DNA of 64,000 bases from Octopus vulgaris (GCA_951406725.2 OX597831.1:43090001-43154000), one strand, 5' to 3'; shown: positions 11,833 to 26,775, counted from the stretch's first letter. Numbers and translations: made by a program. Notes: generated by a model not told the origin, from the letters alone.

Positions 11833-13779
11833 TATTTAATAAATATCTGTAAATATAAAACCATCAGGATTTCAGAGTACCTCATTTCTTCTAATATATA
11901 ATGCCTGTACATCATCTCCAAACTTTCTAATTTATGTATGTGTGTGTGTGTGTGTGTGTATGTGTGCGTGTGCGTGTGTGTGTTGTCTGTGTGTGTTGTC
12001 CCCCTCACCTACACTTGATAACCGATGTTGGTGTGTTTACGTTCCCGTAACTTAGCGGTTCGGCAAAAGAGACCGATGGAATAAGTACTAGGCTTAGAAA
12101 GAATAAATCCTGGGGTCGATTTGCTCCTCGACCAAAGGCGGTGCTCCAGCATGGCCGCAGTCAAATGACTGAAACAAATAAAAGAATAAAAGATTAAAAG
12201 ATACACTGTATCTGAAAATAATGATGATAAGGTTTTTCTAATTTTGGCATTAGTCAACGATTTTTGGGAGATTAAGTTAGTCGATTATAACGATCTAATT
12301 GCTAAACTGTTACTTTATTTTATCAACTTCGAAATGATGAAAGGCGATATCGACCTTAGTAATGTTTGAATTCAGAACGTAAAAAAACCGAAAAAAATGT
12401 CGCTAAGCAATTTTTTTCTCCATTGTGCTAATGGTTCTGTCAGCCTTTAATGGTTTCATTTTAGCTCAAGGCCAGGGATTTTAAGGCGGAGGGTTGGGGG
12501 ACAAGTCAATTACATTGACTCTAGTGCTTGACTGGTATTTATTACATCGACCCCGAAAAAATGAAAGGCAAAGTTTATCTCGGAAAAAAAAGTACAGGCA
12601 TTGATTCGGTCGACTAAAAACCCTCAAGGCGATGCTCCAGCATGGCCGCAATCCAATGACTAAAACAAAAGCTAAAAGTTGTGAAGTGAGGTTTTTTGTT
12701 TTTTTTACATTGCCTCATGAAGTCAAAAGTTAATCGCAAACTTCTGTTCTAGACATTTCCTTGATGGTTCATAACGAAAAAGGTTCATTCAAAAATACCA
12801 GTTCACTCTTGTTTCTTTCTATTTATTTCTCGTTTCTGCGATCTACGAAAATATGTCTTCAAAGTTCTTATTTGTGAGTCGACACGGACAGTTACAATGG
12901 CTTCCTCATATTTTCTGCGTGGATAAGGGAAAAAACAAAAACAAAAACAAATAGGCGTAGGAGTGGCTGTGTGGTTAGCTTGCTAATGAACCACATGCTT
13001 CCGGGTTCAGTCCCACTGCGTGGTACTTTGTTTGTCCTCTCTGTGTTTAGCCCCTTGTGAGTAGTAAAGAAATAGGTATTTCGTCTGTCTTTAAGTTCTG
13101 AGTTCAAATTCCGCCGAGGTCGGCTTCGCCTTTCATCTTTTTATGGTCGATAAATTAAATACCATTTGCGCACTGGGGTCGATCTAATCGACTGGCCCCC
13201 TCCCAAAAAAAGTCGGGCATTGTACCAAGATTCGAAAAGAATATTTTCTCTGCCGTAAGGCGGCGAGCTGGCAGAAACGTTAGCATGCCGGGCGAAATGC
13301 TTAGCAGTACTTCGTCTGTCTTTACTTCCGAGTTCAAATTCTGCCGAGGTCGACTTTGCCTTTCATCCTTTTGGGGTCGATAAATTAAGTACCAGTTGCA
13401 CACTGGAGTCGATCTAATCGACTGGCCCCCTCCCAAAACATTTCGGGCCTTGTGCCTAAAGTAGAAAAGAATATTCTCGAGATTGAATCATGAATATCGA
13501 TGTAGTTAGGCTTAATACTCATCAATCACAAAGCTACGTGGCTAGACTAAGCAAGTTTCCTGGCTCAGTGCCCCACCCAAACTGGACGCTTTCCACTCCC
13601 TGTTATAAAATGATGTTATCGGACCCGGATGTTATTTTGGTCTATTCTGGTCTAAACCCCTATGATGTCTACGTGGAGGGATTAGAAAATGACGTACATG
13701 TTCTTCACGCTGTTTGAAAACGTTTGAGTCAGACTATGACGATCTAAATTTAAAATCGAAGGCTAATCGCGACGATGAT

Positions 13780-13959
13780 GAAAATAATGATTCATCATCA
13801 TCATCATCATCATCATCATCGTCGTCTTCATCACTAACACAAAACATCATTACCACTGCCACCATAATTTTCATCATCGTCATCATTATCCTCCTCCTCA
13901 TCATCGTCATCATCATCATCTATCACCAGCACCATCATTGCTGATGTCGACGTCGTCAT

Positions 13960-14013
<54 letters not shown>

Positions 14014-14440
14014 CATCCTCATCCACATCGTCACCATCATCATCAATATTGATTTTTTTTTTCTTACCATAGATACAAGGCCACGAATCAATCAATTTTA
14101 GTTGCTGATATTCTATTTTATCGAACCCTATCATTCACGTCCTGAAGAACAATAGGAAAAGCTAACGTCAGCGTGATTCGAACAAAAGAATGTAAAGGTA
14201 TTCTGTCCGTTGCACTACCGAATCTGCCATTTCACCATGGTTAATGATAATGTCATTGATGATGATGATGGTGGTGGTGGTGGTGGTGGTGGTGGTGGTG
14301 GTGGTGGTGGTGGTGGTGGTGGTGGTGGCGGCGGCAGTGGTGGTGGTGGTGGTGGTGGTGGTGGTGGTGGTGGTGGTGGTGATGTTGGTGGTGGCGATGG
14401 TGGTGATGATGATGATGATGATGACGATGGTGATTGATAG
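13780..14440. repeat. (CAT)n and (GGT)n/(GAT)n microsatellite tracts
   Basis: Direct reading. Confidence 0.95.
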
Positions 14441-14589
14441 TAAACTGCATAGTATCGGGATAAAAAATAAAACGAAAAGAAAAAGAGAAAACAAAACAAA
14501 ACAAGAAAATGTCGATTTGGCTCTTATTCTTTATGTTAAATCAATGAGAATAAATATGCATACATACCTACCTACATACATACACATAT

Positions 14590-15068
<479 letters not shown>

Positions 15069-15069
15069 A

Positions 15070-15205
15070 AGGTTGTCCCAAAAGTTCTGTAGAAAGTCTT
15101 GGAAAATAATGGTCTTTATTTTGAGGAATAATTTTTGTTATTTTTGTTAGTACTTGGTGAGTAAAAATTCAATTTTCGCAAGTGTTTACGAACTTTTGGG
15201 ACAAC

Positions 15206-15207
<2 letters not shown>
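15070..15207. mobile_element. Small Tc1/mariner-type MITE
   Basis: TIR AGGTTGTCCCAAAAGTTC / GAACTTTTGGGACAACCT within (TA)n. Confidence 0.65.
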
Positions 15208-15241
<34 letters not shown>

Positions 15242-16019
15242 CAGATAGAAAGGAGAATAACTCCCTGTACAGAACAACAACGTAGCGGTTTAATTAATAG
15301 AGCAACATGAAATATGAAGATTAATAAAATGAGAACAAATTTCAGGAGTCAGAATTCATTTCATCTGTAGATTTCTCAACGTCGGAATACTTCATAAAAA
15401 TATACGTAAATATAAATATGTGGATACAATATGAAATATTAAACATAATCATACTCGCATGACATCGTATGAAATTGTATGTCCGTGTTCGGAATCAATG
15501 AGAAACTGTTATACATGCAAGGTCAATATTGCATAAATCGAAATAATCAAATGGATGAAAGAGTGGTTCAAAATGAACTTAAGAGAAATAGAAAGATAAA
15601 TCCAGTTTCAAGAATGGACGAACCATTTCCATCCATCTCAGTTATCCACATTTCTTTCCTTAGCGATGACTTAGAGGATTTAAAAGAACTCTCTTGTCTA
15701 TGGCTTTCAGGTGTTTTAACACCTTGTGCTTTGAAGGAGTCATCCCCACCGCACTATACCGCAGCGCACCCGTGAACAAGCAAAACACATGTCCAGGTAA
15801 ACTGACATGCTGGGGCACCACCTTGAAGGGTTTTAGTTGAACAAGTCGATCCCAAGACTTATTTGTTTTAAGAGTTGTACTTATTCTATCGGGGTTTTTT
15901 TGTTTTGCCGAACCACTAGATTACGGGGATATAACCACACCAACACCGGTTGTTAAGCGGTGGGGGTTTGTGGGGGAAAACACAAACACACATACACACA
16001 TAACTGAAAGAAGCCAGTC

Positions 16020-16636
<617 letters not shown>

Positions 16637-16807
16637 CCAAGAAAGTTAGGGGTTGTGGATCCAACCCACTAAGTGATAATACTAATCCAATATACTGTTG
16701 GTATAGTACCCAATTATTAATACACAAGTGTTTTTAATTGTAATGCAATAGACTTACTTATTGTATTAAATGGGTGAAGGTAAAGAAATATGTTACTATT
16801 AATTTAT

Positions 16808-16955
16808 ATTGCAAATAGGAAAATGGAGAAGCACATTAGTTGGTTCATCAACTTTAGGACATTAAAATGTTGACTTATTTATTTATAAGTCAACATTTTA
16901 ATGTCCTAAAGTTGATGAACCAACTAATGTGCTTCTCCGTTTTCTTATTTGCAAT
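16808..16955. repeat. Hairpin with about 70-bp arms
   Basis: GGAGAAGCACATTAGTTGGTTCATCAACTTTAGGACATTAAAA and its reverse complement with a very short loop. Confidence 0.9.
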
Positions 16956-16956
16956 G

Positions 16957-17338
16957 TGGAGGCGCAATGGCCCAGTGGTTAGGGCAGCGGACTCGCGGTC
17001 GTAGGATCGCAGTTTCGATTCCCAGACCGGGCGTTGTGAGTGTTTATTGAGCGAAAACACCTGAAGCTCCACGATGCTCCGGCAGGGATGATGGTGATCC
17101 CTGTTGTACTCTTTCACCACAACTTTCTCTCACTCTTACTTCCTGTTTCTGTTGTACCTGTATTTCAAAGGGCCGGCCTTGTCACTCTCTGTATCACGCT
17201 GAATATCCCCGAGAACTACGTTAAGGGTACACGTGTCTGTGGAGTGCTCAGCCACTTACACGTTAATTTCACGAGCAGGCTGTTCCGTTGATCGGATCAA
17301 CCGGAACCCTCGTCGTCGTAACCGACGGAGTGCTTCCC
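16957..17338 (+). mobile_element. tRNA-derived SINE family C
   Basis: GGAGGCGCAATGGCCCAGTGGTTAGGGCAGCGGACTCGCGG...TTTCGATTCCC head; a second copy on the - strand at about 28450-28757; tail fragments at about 10590-10750 and 47880-47990. Confidence 0.8.
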
Positions 17339-17359
17339 ATTTGATATATATATATATAT

Positions 17360-17850
17360 ATATATAAAACTGTAGTTGTGTAGATTTAGATTCCTAACTA
17401 CTCCCACATTTTGCGGTGCAGTTTAACCAAATTCGGGTATCTTATAGTCGTGATTCATATCGAGCCCGTCTGAGTATTAGCGCGCGTCTACGATGAGTCT
17501 ACGATTTTAAAAATAATTTAACATAATTTTTTATTCCATTTTAATGCATAATTTTTCGTGTGTCGATGGCGGCGGAGTTGGCGTCCATGGTCACACCTGC
17601 ATCTGTTTGCTTCTCCCCTTCTTCCCTCCCTCGTGAAGCTGTGGGGAAGGGAGTGTAAGGAAATCAACGTCGTAAAGCGTTGTCAAGGAGACCAGCGTTC
17701 TTTTAGAACAACGACTTCATGGCTTGAAGACACCAAAACAGAAATGGCTAAGAAAGCCCGAATTGGCATCTATAAGGGAAGTAACTCTCTAAAAATGCCT
17801 ATATAGTTATTTCCCTTACAAACCCGAGCAACGCCGGGCGATACTGCTAG
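17360..17850 (+). mobile_element. Non-autonomous Helitron, same family as 3108-3490
   Basis: Shared internal sequence (GATTCCTAACTACTCCCACATTTTGCGG) and the same hairpin-CTAG 3' end; in (TA)n. Confidence 0.75.
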
Positions 17851-17885
<35 letters not shown>

Positions 17886-18523
17886 TATTCGTACGTACGT
17901 ATGTATGTATGTATGTATGTATTTACATATACCTCTTTTCCATTATCTTCTCATTCTCTCCCTTTCCTTCCTTCCCTCGCCCCGTTTCATTCATTCTTTT
18001 TTTTTAACTTTATGTTTTTCTCAAAATTTAAATGTTTTGGTCTATCGTTTCTTGTTTCAAAATTGTGTTATCTACTTGCTGCAAATAAAAGAAACAAAAT
18101 AACAAACAACCCTCCCTCCTCGCCCATTTTTTTTTTTGGCAGTATTAGATTGACAACAACAACTTTGATATATAAGCAATATCAATTAGTCACGTCTGTT
18201 TGGCGCGCTTCGTCTTTATGGCGTGTTTGACAAAAAGAAAACAGAAGAGAAAAATAACAAAAATATGTTTAATTCGTAAAATAAAATGTAACTGGACAAG
18301 TAAACTACAAAACAAAGCAAAATGGAAGTGGTTAAATTTATCGCAATTCTTGTTATGTGACTCACTTGAAGGAAGGAAGGAAGGAAGGAAGGAAGGAAGG
18401 AAGGAAGAGGAATAACAGAAAGAATATAGTGGAATGACAAAATCGACAGACGAGCGAAAAAGATAATAGTGACTTAAAAGCATTAAAATCACGAGGTCCC
18501 TCTCGGCCTCGATAAGACAGGAG

Positions 18524-19332
18524 GGATCTTTTCCTTTTGAACGGCACTTTGTAACATAATTTCTAGGTAACTAAAAAGTTTTAAACTTCGTATACTGGTA
18601 GAATGTGTTTATAAAACATCATTTTCTCTTGGCTTTATTGAGAAAATTCTATAGTTTGTAAGATATTTCGTCTGAAATTACTTGCATTTCGGCAATTTTA
18701 ACCAATCACTCTAGTCCATTTAGGTGTGCATAATGAATATGTCCCTCCTTTAAGAAACAGATTGGGTTTATTTACATATCTGAAGAAAAAGATACCCTTC
18801 CCTCACCCCTAACCCTAACTAACCCTAAATCTAAAATAGATTGAAATGCAATAGATCGATGCTAGGGTTATAATTATGGGTGACAATTTCATACGACACC
18901 GCTACGGAAAATGGGATTTTTTCTAGCAGTGTCAAATGAAAATGTCACCCATAATTATAACCCTAGTATCGATCTATTGCATTTCAATCTATTTTAGATT
19001 TAGGGTTAGAGTTAGGGTTAGGGTTAGGGTTAGGGGTTGGGGAAGGGTATCTTTTTCACTTCACAAATGTAAATAAACCCAATCTGTTTCTTAAAGGAGG
19101 GACATATTCATTATGCACAGAAGGTTATTTACTTAAATGGACTCCAGTTATTGATTAAAATTGCCGAAATGCAAGTAATTTCAGACGAAATATCTTACAA
19201 ACTATAGAATTTTCTCAATAAAGCCAAGAGAAAATGATGTGTTATAAACACATTCTACCAGTATACGAAGTTTAAAACTCTTTAGTTACCTAGAAATTAT
19301 GTTACAAAGTGCCGTTCAAAAGGAAAAGATCC
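18524..19332. mobile_element. Foldback MITE with about 390-bp arms, GGATC...GATCC termini and 8-bp TSD
   Basis: Arms are near-perfect reverse complements; flanks GACAGGAG / GATAGGAG; internal (TAACCC)n/(TTAGGG)n. Confidence 0.9.
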
Positions 19333-19439
19333 GATAGGAGAAATATTTGTTAAATACTGTGAAGGTTTAATTTAATCGATTATACTCGGTAAAGTAGTTG
19401 AGGATCGGAGGCAATCGGGGGACGGTCCCCCTTTCCCTG

Positions 19440-19914
19440 CCAGCACTTTTATAGGGACGGCACTTTTGGGCTTGCTATATAAGCCTATATAGGCCTGGGG
19501 GAGGGGGCGTGGGAGAGGGGCAGATAACTCAAGCACTGCCCCGGAGGGCACACGCTCTAGCTACGTCGCATTCGAGAATAGTACAACTGTCGAGCGAATC
19601 TGTAATCAAGATCGTTCCGCCGACCTCCCTGAATAGGGAGGAGTGAATCTGTTTTCTCTTGGTAGATGCTGTATCGAAAGAGGTAGTATGGAAGATGAGA
19701 GTGAAAGGAATTGCGACAGGCATGTTCATCTCCAGTCTCGGGCTCATCGACTTTTTCGTTTTCCACATGAAACGGAAAATAAGGCTGGAGAAGAAATGCC
19801 TGTCGCAAAGTGTGTTTCGTAAAAGATGGAAGTATATAGCAAGTATGTTGCGAGTGAAAGAACCTGTTTAAACGAGAATATAAAAAAGGAGAAAGCAAAG
19901 TCATCAGTGTGAGT
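19440..19914 (+). promoter_or_regulatory. Promoter-like GC patch plus candidate first exon ending at a GTGAGT donor (19909)
   Basis: TATATAAG, GGGGGCGTGGG (Sp/KLF-like) box, CpG-richer unique sequence, then a donor followed by T-rich intron-like sequence. Confidence 0.35.
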
Positions 19915-21696
19915 ATGTGGTTTGTGGGGTCGACCGTGTCCTCCGCTTCATTTTTTGTTAATCACTCATTTTCATTTAATTGTATATATTTTAATTGTTT
20001 ATTCATACGTTTCGTCTCATTCAATACCCTGACACCAATGTTTGTTTTGTCTGTCCTCTTTTTCTCAACCTCATGGTTAATAACGAAATTGACTGTATCC
20101 CCACCCACATCATATTAAAGACGATACTCGAGATTGGCCAGAGTCCAATAACTGAAATTGATAAATGAATTTTAAGAAATAAAAATGGTAACAAGAAACA
20201 AACACAATAGGAGAGTTTGGGGAGATGAAATGGTGATAGTAGCAAAAGAAATAGAAGAAGAAGGAGGAGATAGAGATTGTAGTTCCTGCTGTTGTTGTTA
20301 TTGTTGTTGCTGCTGTTCTTTAACCCCAGGTTAACTCTGAGCAAGCAGTCCCAGTAATCAAAGCATTCCAGCAATAACTGTCTGTCCTTTTCCGATGGTA
20401 TCTATGATTAAGTTAACCAAGGTAGTAGAGCGTAATTCAGAGAAGACTAGGCTGCTATTTCTAGCAATTCGAATGACCACATAGAGGCCACAAAAAGAGG
20501 TTGATGTTGTTTTTGTTGACGTTTAGCCCTAGATCGATCCTGATGGAGTGATCCTATGAGCACAGTCAGTCTAGCCATGGCTATCCCTTATTTTACGTTT
20601 GTGTAAAGAACCAAGGATCATATGCAATTAACGTGACATTTTCTATAACGTGACATTTGAGGGAGAGTTGGCTGCTATTTCTCCAAATGAAGCGACTACA
20701 CAAGACAAGAGAAAGAAGCTGTTGTTATTGCTTAACTCCAGGTCATCTCTGATCTAGCAGACAGAGGAAGCGATTTAAATTCCAGTTATAAGTAACTCGT
20801 CTTTTCCCATATGCACGTAACCCCAGAACTGACTAACCTACCAGTTCTTTTCTAAGACAGCATGTTATTTTAGAGAGATCTGGTTACTATTTCTTGCCGG
20901 TCGACCAACCACACAGTGGCACCATAGTTGGCTTGTAGGAAAGATGTCACTTAGGGTGACGAGGAATAGGAAGATATAAGATAGAATAAAAAAAATTTAT
21001 GACAGTGCATTACTCTCTGTCATCCAACACAAGTGTCTCAACGACAGTGATCCTCCTGGATCTTTTTGACTTCGTGGCACGCTGCAGATCAAATATAAGT
21101 TTACTGGCGCATTTTGCTAGGAAAATAAAACATCACTGTCGCACTTCATATGGAAACCTAAAAAAATTGAAAACTATGTTTTAAAGTTAGAATTTTAGGG
21201 AAAAATTACACAGGAAACTTGCATATAGTTTTATTAATCGTTCAAGTTTATTACAAAATTATGAATCAGTCTTTTTTAGAACGCTCAATCATTAATACAG
21301 GCTTTCTAAAGTTCTAAAACACTATTTCTAAGAATCCACAGCATATCGTGTGAAAAAATCCCTTTGTCTGCGCGGTCGCTTGACCAGCAATAAATAGCAG
21401 TGAAAACCAAGTCATAACCTACTACCTTAAAAAAACCAAGATCTCATTAGACAATCGTTTCCTTTATATCTCTAAAAGAGTGGAAATGTCACGGTTGGAG
21501 TGTCTGTGATCATATTTCTGTTTGATTATCGCAGACTTAGAGATATGTAGACTCTTTTTATTCTGTCTATTTTATATTTGTCCTCTTACTTCTTTTCCTT
21601 CTCGAATTCTGTCTCGTATTTTCCCTTACATACGCTTCATCACTCTCCCTCTCTCCACTCCCCTTTCTCTCTCTCTTGTTGTATATCTCTTTCTGT

Positions 21697-21744
<48 letters not shown>

Positions 21745-22751
21745 CTCTCTTTGTTTTCTCTTCCTCAGCACTTAGATATTCTCTAGTTTATCACTTCTGC
21801 ATGATTGAAATGGTGGTCGTGATTAGGAAATCAGTTGAACAGGTCTTGAAGTTTGCCAAGAAAACCACAATATAATACAATATGATATAATACAATATAA
21901 TACAATGTAATGTAATATAAGCCTTTCTAATTTTGGCACAAGACCAGCAATTTTTAGGGGAAGGGGAAGGGGAAAGAAGTTTACACACCCACCTCAGTAC
22001 TTGACGGATACTGTCTTTTATCGATCCTGAAATTATGGAAGTCGAGCTCAGCGGATTTCGAACTCAGAACACAAAATCAGAAGAAATGCTACCAAGCAGA
22101 TATATTCTACATTTAACTTGAAACAGTTTCTCTCATATTCTAACCAGGACAAGTTGAATGTATTAGCAACTGGATAGGTATTAGCAACTGGAAAGAATTA
22201 GCAACTACTTAGAATGCCTAACATCGTGTTTGAGAGGAGTGAAATATGAAAATAAGAAATAAAATAAAATAAAATAAAATATTCTATGAATTATTCTTTT
22301 CTATTCTAGGAACAAGGCCCGAAATTTTTTGGCCAGTCGATTAGATCGACCCCAGTACGCAACTGGTACTTAATTTGTTAACCGCGAAAGGATGAAACGC
22401 ACAGTCAACCTCAGCGGAATTTGAACTCAGAACGTAAAGACATACGAAATTACTAATTCTTTACTACCCACAAGGGGCTAAACACAGAGTGGACAGACAA
22501 GGACAGACAAACGGATTAAGTCGATTTTATCAACCCCAATGCGTAACTGGTACTTAATTTATCGACCCCGAAAGGATGAAAGGCAAAGTCGACTTCGTAA
22601 CGGCAGACGAAATACCGCTAAGCATTTCGCCCGGCGTGTTAACGTTTCTTATTTTTTTATTGCTCACAAGGGGCTAAGCACAGAGGAGACAAACAAGGAC
22701 AAAGGACAAAGGGATTAAGTCGATTACATCGACCCCATAACTTATTTTTTT

Positions 22752-22835
<84 letters not shown>

Positions 22836-24289
22836 CAAACTTCTTTCAGTCTCCGACTAAATCCACTCGCAAGGCTTTGGGCGACCCGAAGTTATTATCT
22901 TTTATTCTTTTACTTGTTTCAGTCATTTGACTGCGGCCATGCTGGAGTACCACCTTTAGTCGAGCAAATCGACCCCAGAACTTATTCTTTGTAAGCTTAG
23001 TACTTACTCTATCGGTCTCTTTTGCCGAACCGCTAAGTTACGGGGACGTAAACACACCAGCATCGGTTGTCAAGCGATGTTGGGTCGACAAACACAGACA
23101 CACAAACACACACACATACATATATATATATACGACGGGCTTCTTTCAGTTTCCGTCTACCAAATCCACTCACAAGGCTTTGGTCGGCCCGAGGGTATAG
23201 TAGAAGATACTTGCCCAAGGTGCCACGCAGTGGGACTGAACCCGGAACTATGCGGTTGGTAAGCAAGCTACTTACCACACAGCCACTCCTGTGCCTATAT
23301 ACTTCATTTTTTATCGACACCGGAATATGAAAGGCGAAGATGAACTCGGGGGTAATTGAATTCAAAGCGTAAAGGACTTTATTTTTGAATGTCGGTAACA
23401 CTTATCGACCGCTTAGGGGTTATGTGTGTGTGTGTGTGTGTGTGTTTTCTTTCTCTAAAAGGAAAATTTCAATTCATTTACACCTTTTTGCGTCACATTG
23501 TTTAGTACACCAGTACCTACGACCTGAAATATGCACAGATATATGCATCATTGAGTTTACTCTGCATATACTATGTGGCACCAGACGGCAGTTGTTATTA
23601 TAAACTATAAGAGTCACTAAGCTGCTTCTATCGCCTGCCTGCATAATTAGTCAGAAGAAACAACCAAAAACTTACTTTAGCATAAAATCTTGACTGAATT
23701 GTTCTATAAAAATATCTGCGAAGTATTTATTTAGTTAAAGTTTAGTCAGAGAAGGAAGGGCAGCGTCAGTGACCTTTTGCAGGGTTTACGTGACTATTGG
23801 AAAAACTGATGGTGCGGGGTGGAGGGCCCACGACTAATTGCGTTACTGCTGTAGAAAACTGCATAAAATATCGAGTCATTCAAAGACCCGGGACCTGGTT
23901 CGAATACTTGCAATAGAATAGTCTCCACTGAAGGAACTACATAACGTCAAGTGATGGTGACAGGCTAAAGACAATTCATTTTACTTATGTTACTAATATC
24001 TAGTGGGGAAGTATGAAATGCAAAATCGCATTCCTTCCGCGATAAACTTGAGACTTCTTGTTATGTCGTCATCCAGTCAACTAGATGTTGATAGAACATG
24101 GAGTCTCAAGTTGACATTCTGCAAAGTACCACTCTACAGCCGAGTAGACTGGTACAACGTGAAATTAAGCTCTTTGCCCAATAACACAACGAGCCTCCCG
24201 GTCCATAAATTGAACCTATGACCTTACGATCGTCACTCCAACAGCCTAACCACAAGGAAATGTGCCAGGGACAACTTGTCTTCATTCTG

Positions 24290-25310
24290 GACCGTTATTA
24301 TGAAGTTAAGAACAGGAAGTGGTTCTAATGTCACCACTAGGACATAGTATCATTCTGATATATTTCAATGTGACCGTCTCTCTCTGTGATGCTTTTTATA
24401 GTTTTAGTAAACCTCTTTTTACTAAGGAAATCTGAAAGATAAGTGATTGGCTCACAGGAAGATAGAAACAACAACCAAATACATTACATTTTTTGTGTGG
24501 ATGATCTGAACACATATGCCTAGAATATGGCTGGTGTGAAGGAAAGCGTTGGCTTAAGGATGAAATTCTCAAAAGATATAGGGATGGCGTTTAACCAAGG
24601 TAAACTTTCTTACACAGTTGTAATGCGAGCAATACCATCTAGCACCATTACTATTAATGAACTTGACTTATTTCTCCTATTTCTGACGAGGATTTCTACA
24701 GGTATTTGGAAACAGATGAAAATATTTCCAATGATGGAACCTGTAACAAGGAGCGTGTGACTTGGGAACATAATACCGTAATAAAGAAAGTATGGTCATC
24801 AGCACTTACCACATGCATTAAATCGATAGTCCATAATATGTTTTCCGTGCGAGTGTTCACATCAACGTTTGGTTCACTCCAATGGGCTCTAGATGACGTC
24901 GCTCTTGATGCTAAAACCTAGAAAATGTTAAACTATATCGACAATGATGACGATTAGTTTTACTTAAAACGAAAATAAGGTGTCAAATGCATAACATCAA
25001 TCCAAACTACCTTTGAATGTTACATCATATCTCTTCGACATCTACTCACCACCAATCGTCGAAATCCTGTCATGGATCAAGTTTGCATGACATTACGAGA
25101 TTTGGAAAGGAGCTTCTTAGAAAGTATTCCCTAACTGATAACCTAGATTGTACACCCAGAGAGACGTATATCCTTGAGAGTTTTCCTAGGCTGAATCAGC
25201 GATACGCAGTGTAACACGGTTGTCGAGTGGGTTGTTGAGAAACAAGAACAATCCAGAGAGAAAAAGAGAGATAAAGACGGACAATTGTACTAGACTTGTA
25301 GAGAATTTAT
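24290..25310 (+). mobile_element. Old degenerate Dong/R4-like reverse transcriptase relic
   Basis: Fragments DDLNTYA, FSKDIGMAF and YRYLETDENI...NKERVT...KKVWSS...HNMFSV..FTSTFG.LQW...DAKT resemble the end of an R4/Dong RT and its thumb. Confidence 0.7.
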
Positions 25311-26521
25311 CAATCCCGAATGGGCAAAAGTGGGATTTTAACTCAGAATGCTGGAACGGGTACTTGAAGGAAGTGGGTCCAACTCTCTAACATACTACCA
25401 GTTCGCCACTTTTACCAAAGTTGTAATAAATGAATTCCAAAACAGATATACGATATTGTATACAAGAAGACGTGTAAAAGTTAGCTTTTTTTAAAAACTA
25501 TTTAGGTTAATCATCAAGTCACAGACGATTATTGTAAGACGTTGAGTCCTGTATCCTCTTGGATTTGTTTCAACTTGCGGTTCTTAAAAACTTGAAACGA
25601 ACTCACGAATTCGAACTGATTAACTGAACTTACTTCTGCTCAAAGACGTTCACCCAATGCTAGCTGCCAAAAATGTTGTATACAACCGTCATCCCATCTC
25701 CACGGATTTTAAGAAATCGATATTAACATTTGGATGTGTGGACAGAATTTGTACCCGGGCAGGAAAGGGTGACAATCCCCAGAAAATGACAATATAACGA
25801 TGATACGGATAGAAAGCCTTGCTGTGTTTCGTTCCGGCTCTCTGCACTCTGCATTGAAATCCACCAGAGTTCAAATTAGTCATTCATGAAGCTGTCGTAA
25901 TATAAATCAATGACGAAATTGATTAATTTATGATGATGACGGCGGCGGTGGTAATGAGTACTAGTTATGTATGTGCTTGTACATACTAGTTTGTGCCATC
26001 GTGCTTCTGTGTGGTGTGCGTAGATGTGGTGAGGTGTGCGTCTGTATGGTGGTGTGAGTTCATGTATGTGACTGCGTAGGATGTGCTTGTGCGAACATGT
26101 GGTTTTTTAATAGATATATTTCATTGTTCTGTCAACTGCTATGGATTGAAATTTATGATGGTGGTGGGTATGTAGGTGAGGGTACGTGGGTACCAAGGTC
26201 GTTATATTCCTTGTAATATAATATAATATAATATAATATAAATACCTATACTTTTATTCTTTTACTTGTTTCAGTCATTTGACTGCCGCTATGCTGGAGC
26301 ACCGCCTTGAGTCGAAGAAATCGTCGGACAAAATGCTTAGCAGCATTTCGTCTGGCTCTCAGTTCAAATTCCACCGAAGTTGACTTTGTCTTTTTCATCC
26401 GTTCGAGATCGATAAAATAAGTAACAATCAAGTACTGGGTTCGATTTCACCGACTTGTCCCTTCTCTTAAAATTGCTGCTCTCGTGCCAAAATTATAAAG
26501 AATTATATTGTGTGTATATGA

Positions 26522-26577
26522 ATATATATGTATCTGTGTGTGTACGTTTATACATAGTTAGATGGTGTTGTATGTAT

Positions 26578-26675
<98 letters not shown>

Positions 26676-26719
26676 ATACATACAACACCATCTAACTATG
26701 TATAAACGTACACACACAG

Positions 26720-26731
<12 letters not shown>
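26522..26731. repeat. Perfect 210-bp palindrome centred on (TA)n
   Basis: GTATCTGTGTGTGTACGTTTATACATAGTTAGATGGTGTTGTATG and its exact reverse complement flank the central TA run. Confidence 0.95.

Positions 26732-26775
<44 letters not shown>

Noticed and set aside
13600-13720. Gene from ORF 13490-13717
   Set aside because: It shows at most a faint SPDLNP-like Tc1/mariner relic (GLNPYDVYV), too degraded to call.
16957-17030. Functional tRNA genes here and at 44430-44500 and 46635-46702
   Set aside because: These are SINE heads or relics: the acceptor stems do not pair and the sequences continue into repeat bodies.
18805-19040. Telomere or chromosome fusion site
   Set aside because: There are only a few TTAGGG units, and they are internal to a TSD-flanked MITE.
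21014-21116. - strand exon that is phase-compatible with the 12914 acceptor
   Set aside because: The donor (GTAATG) is weak, the peptide is unrecognisable, and the DNA resembles a decayed hAT-type MITE end; a phase match has a 1-in-3 chance.
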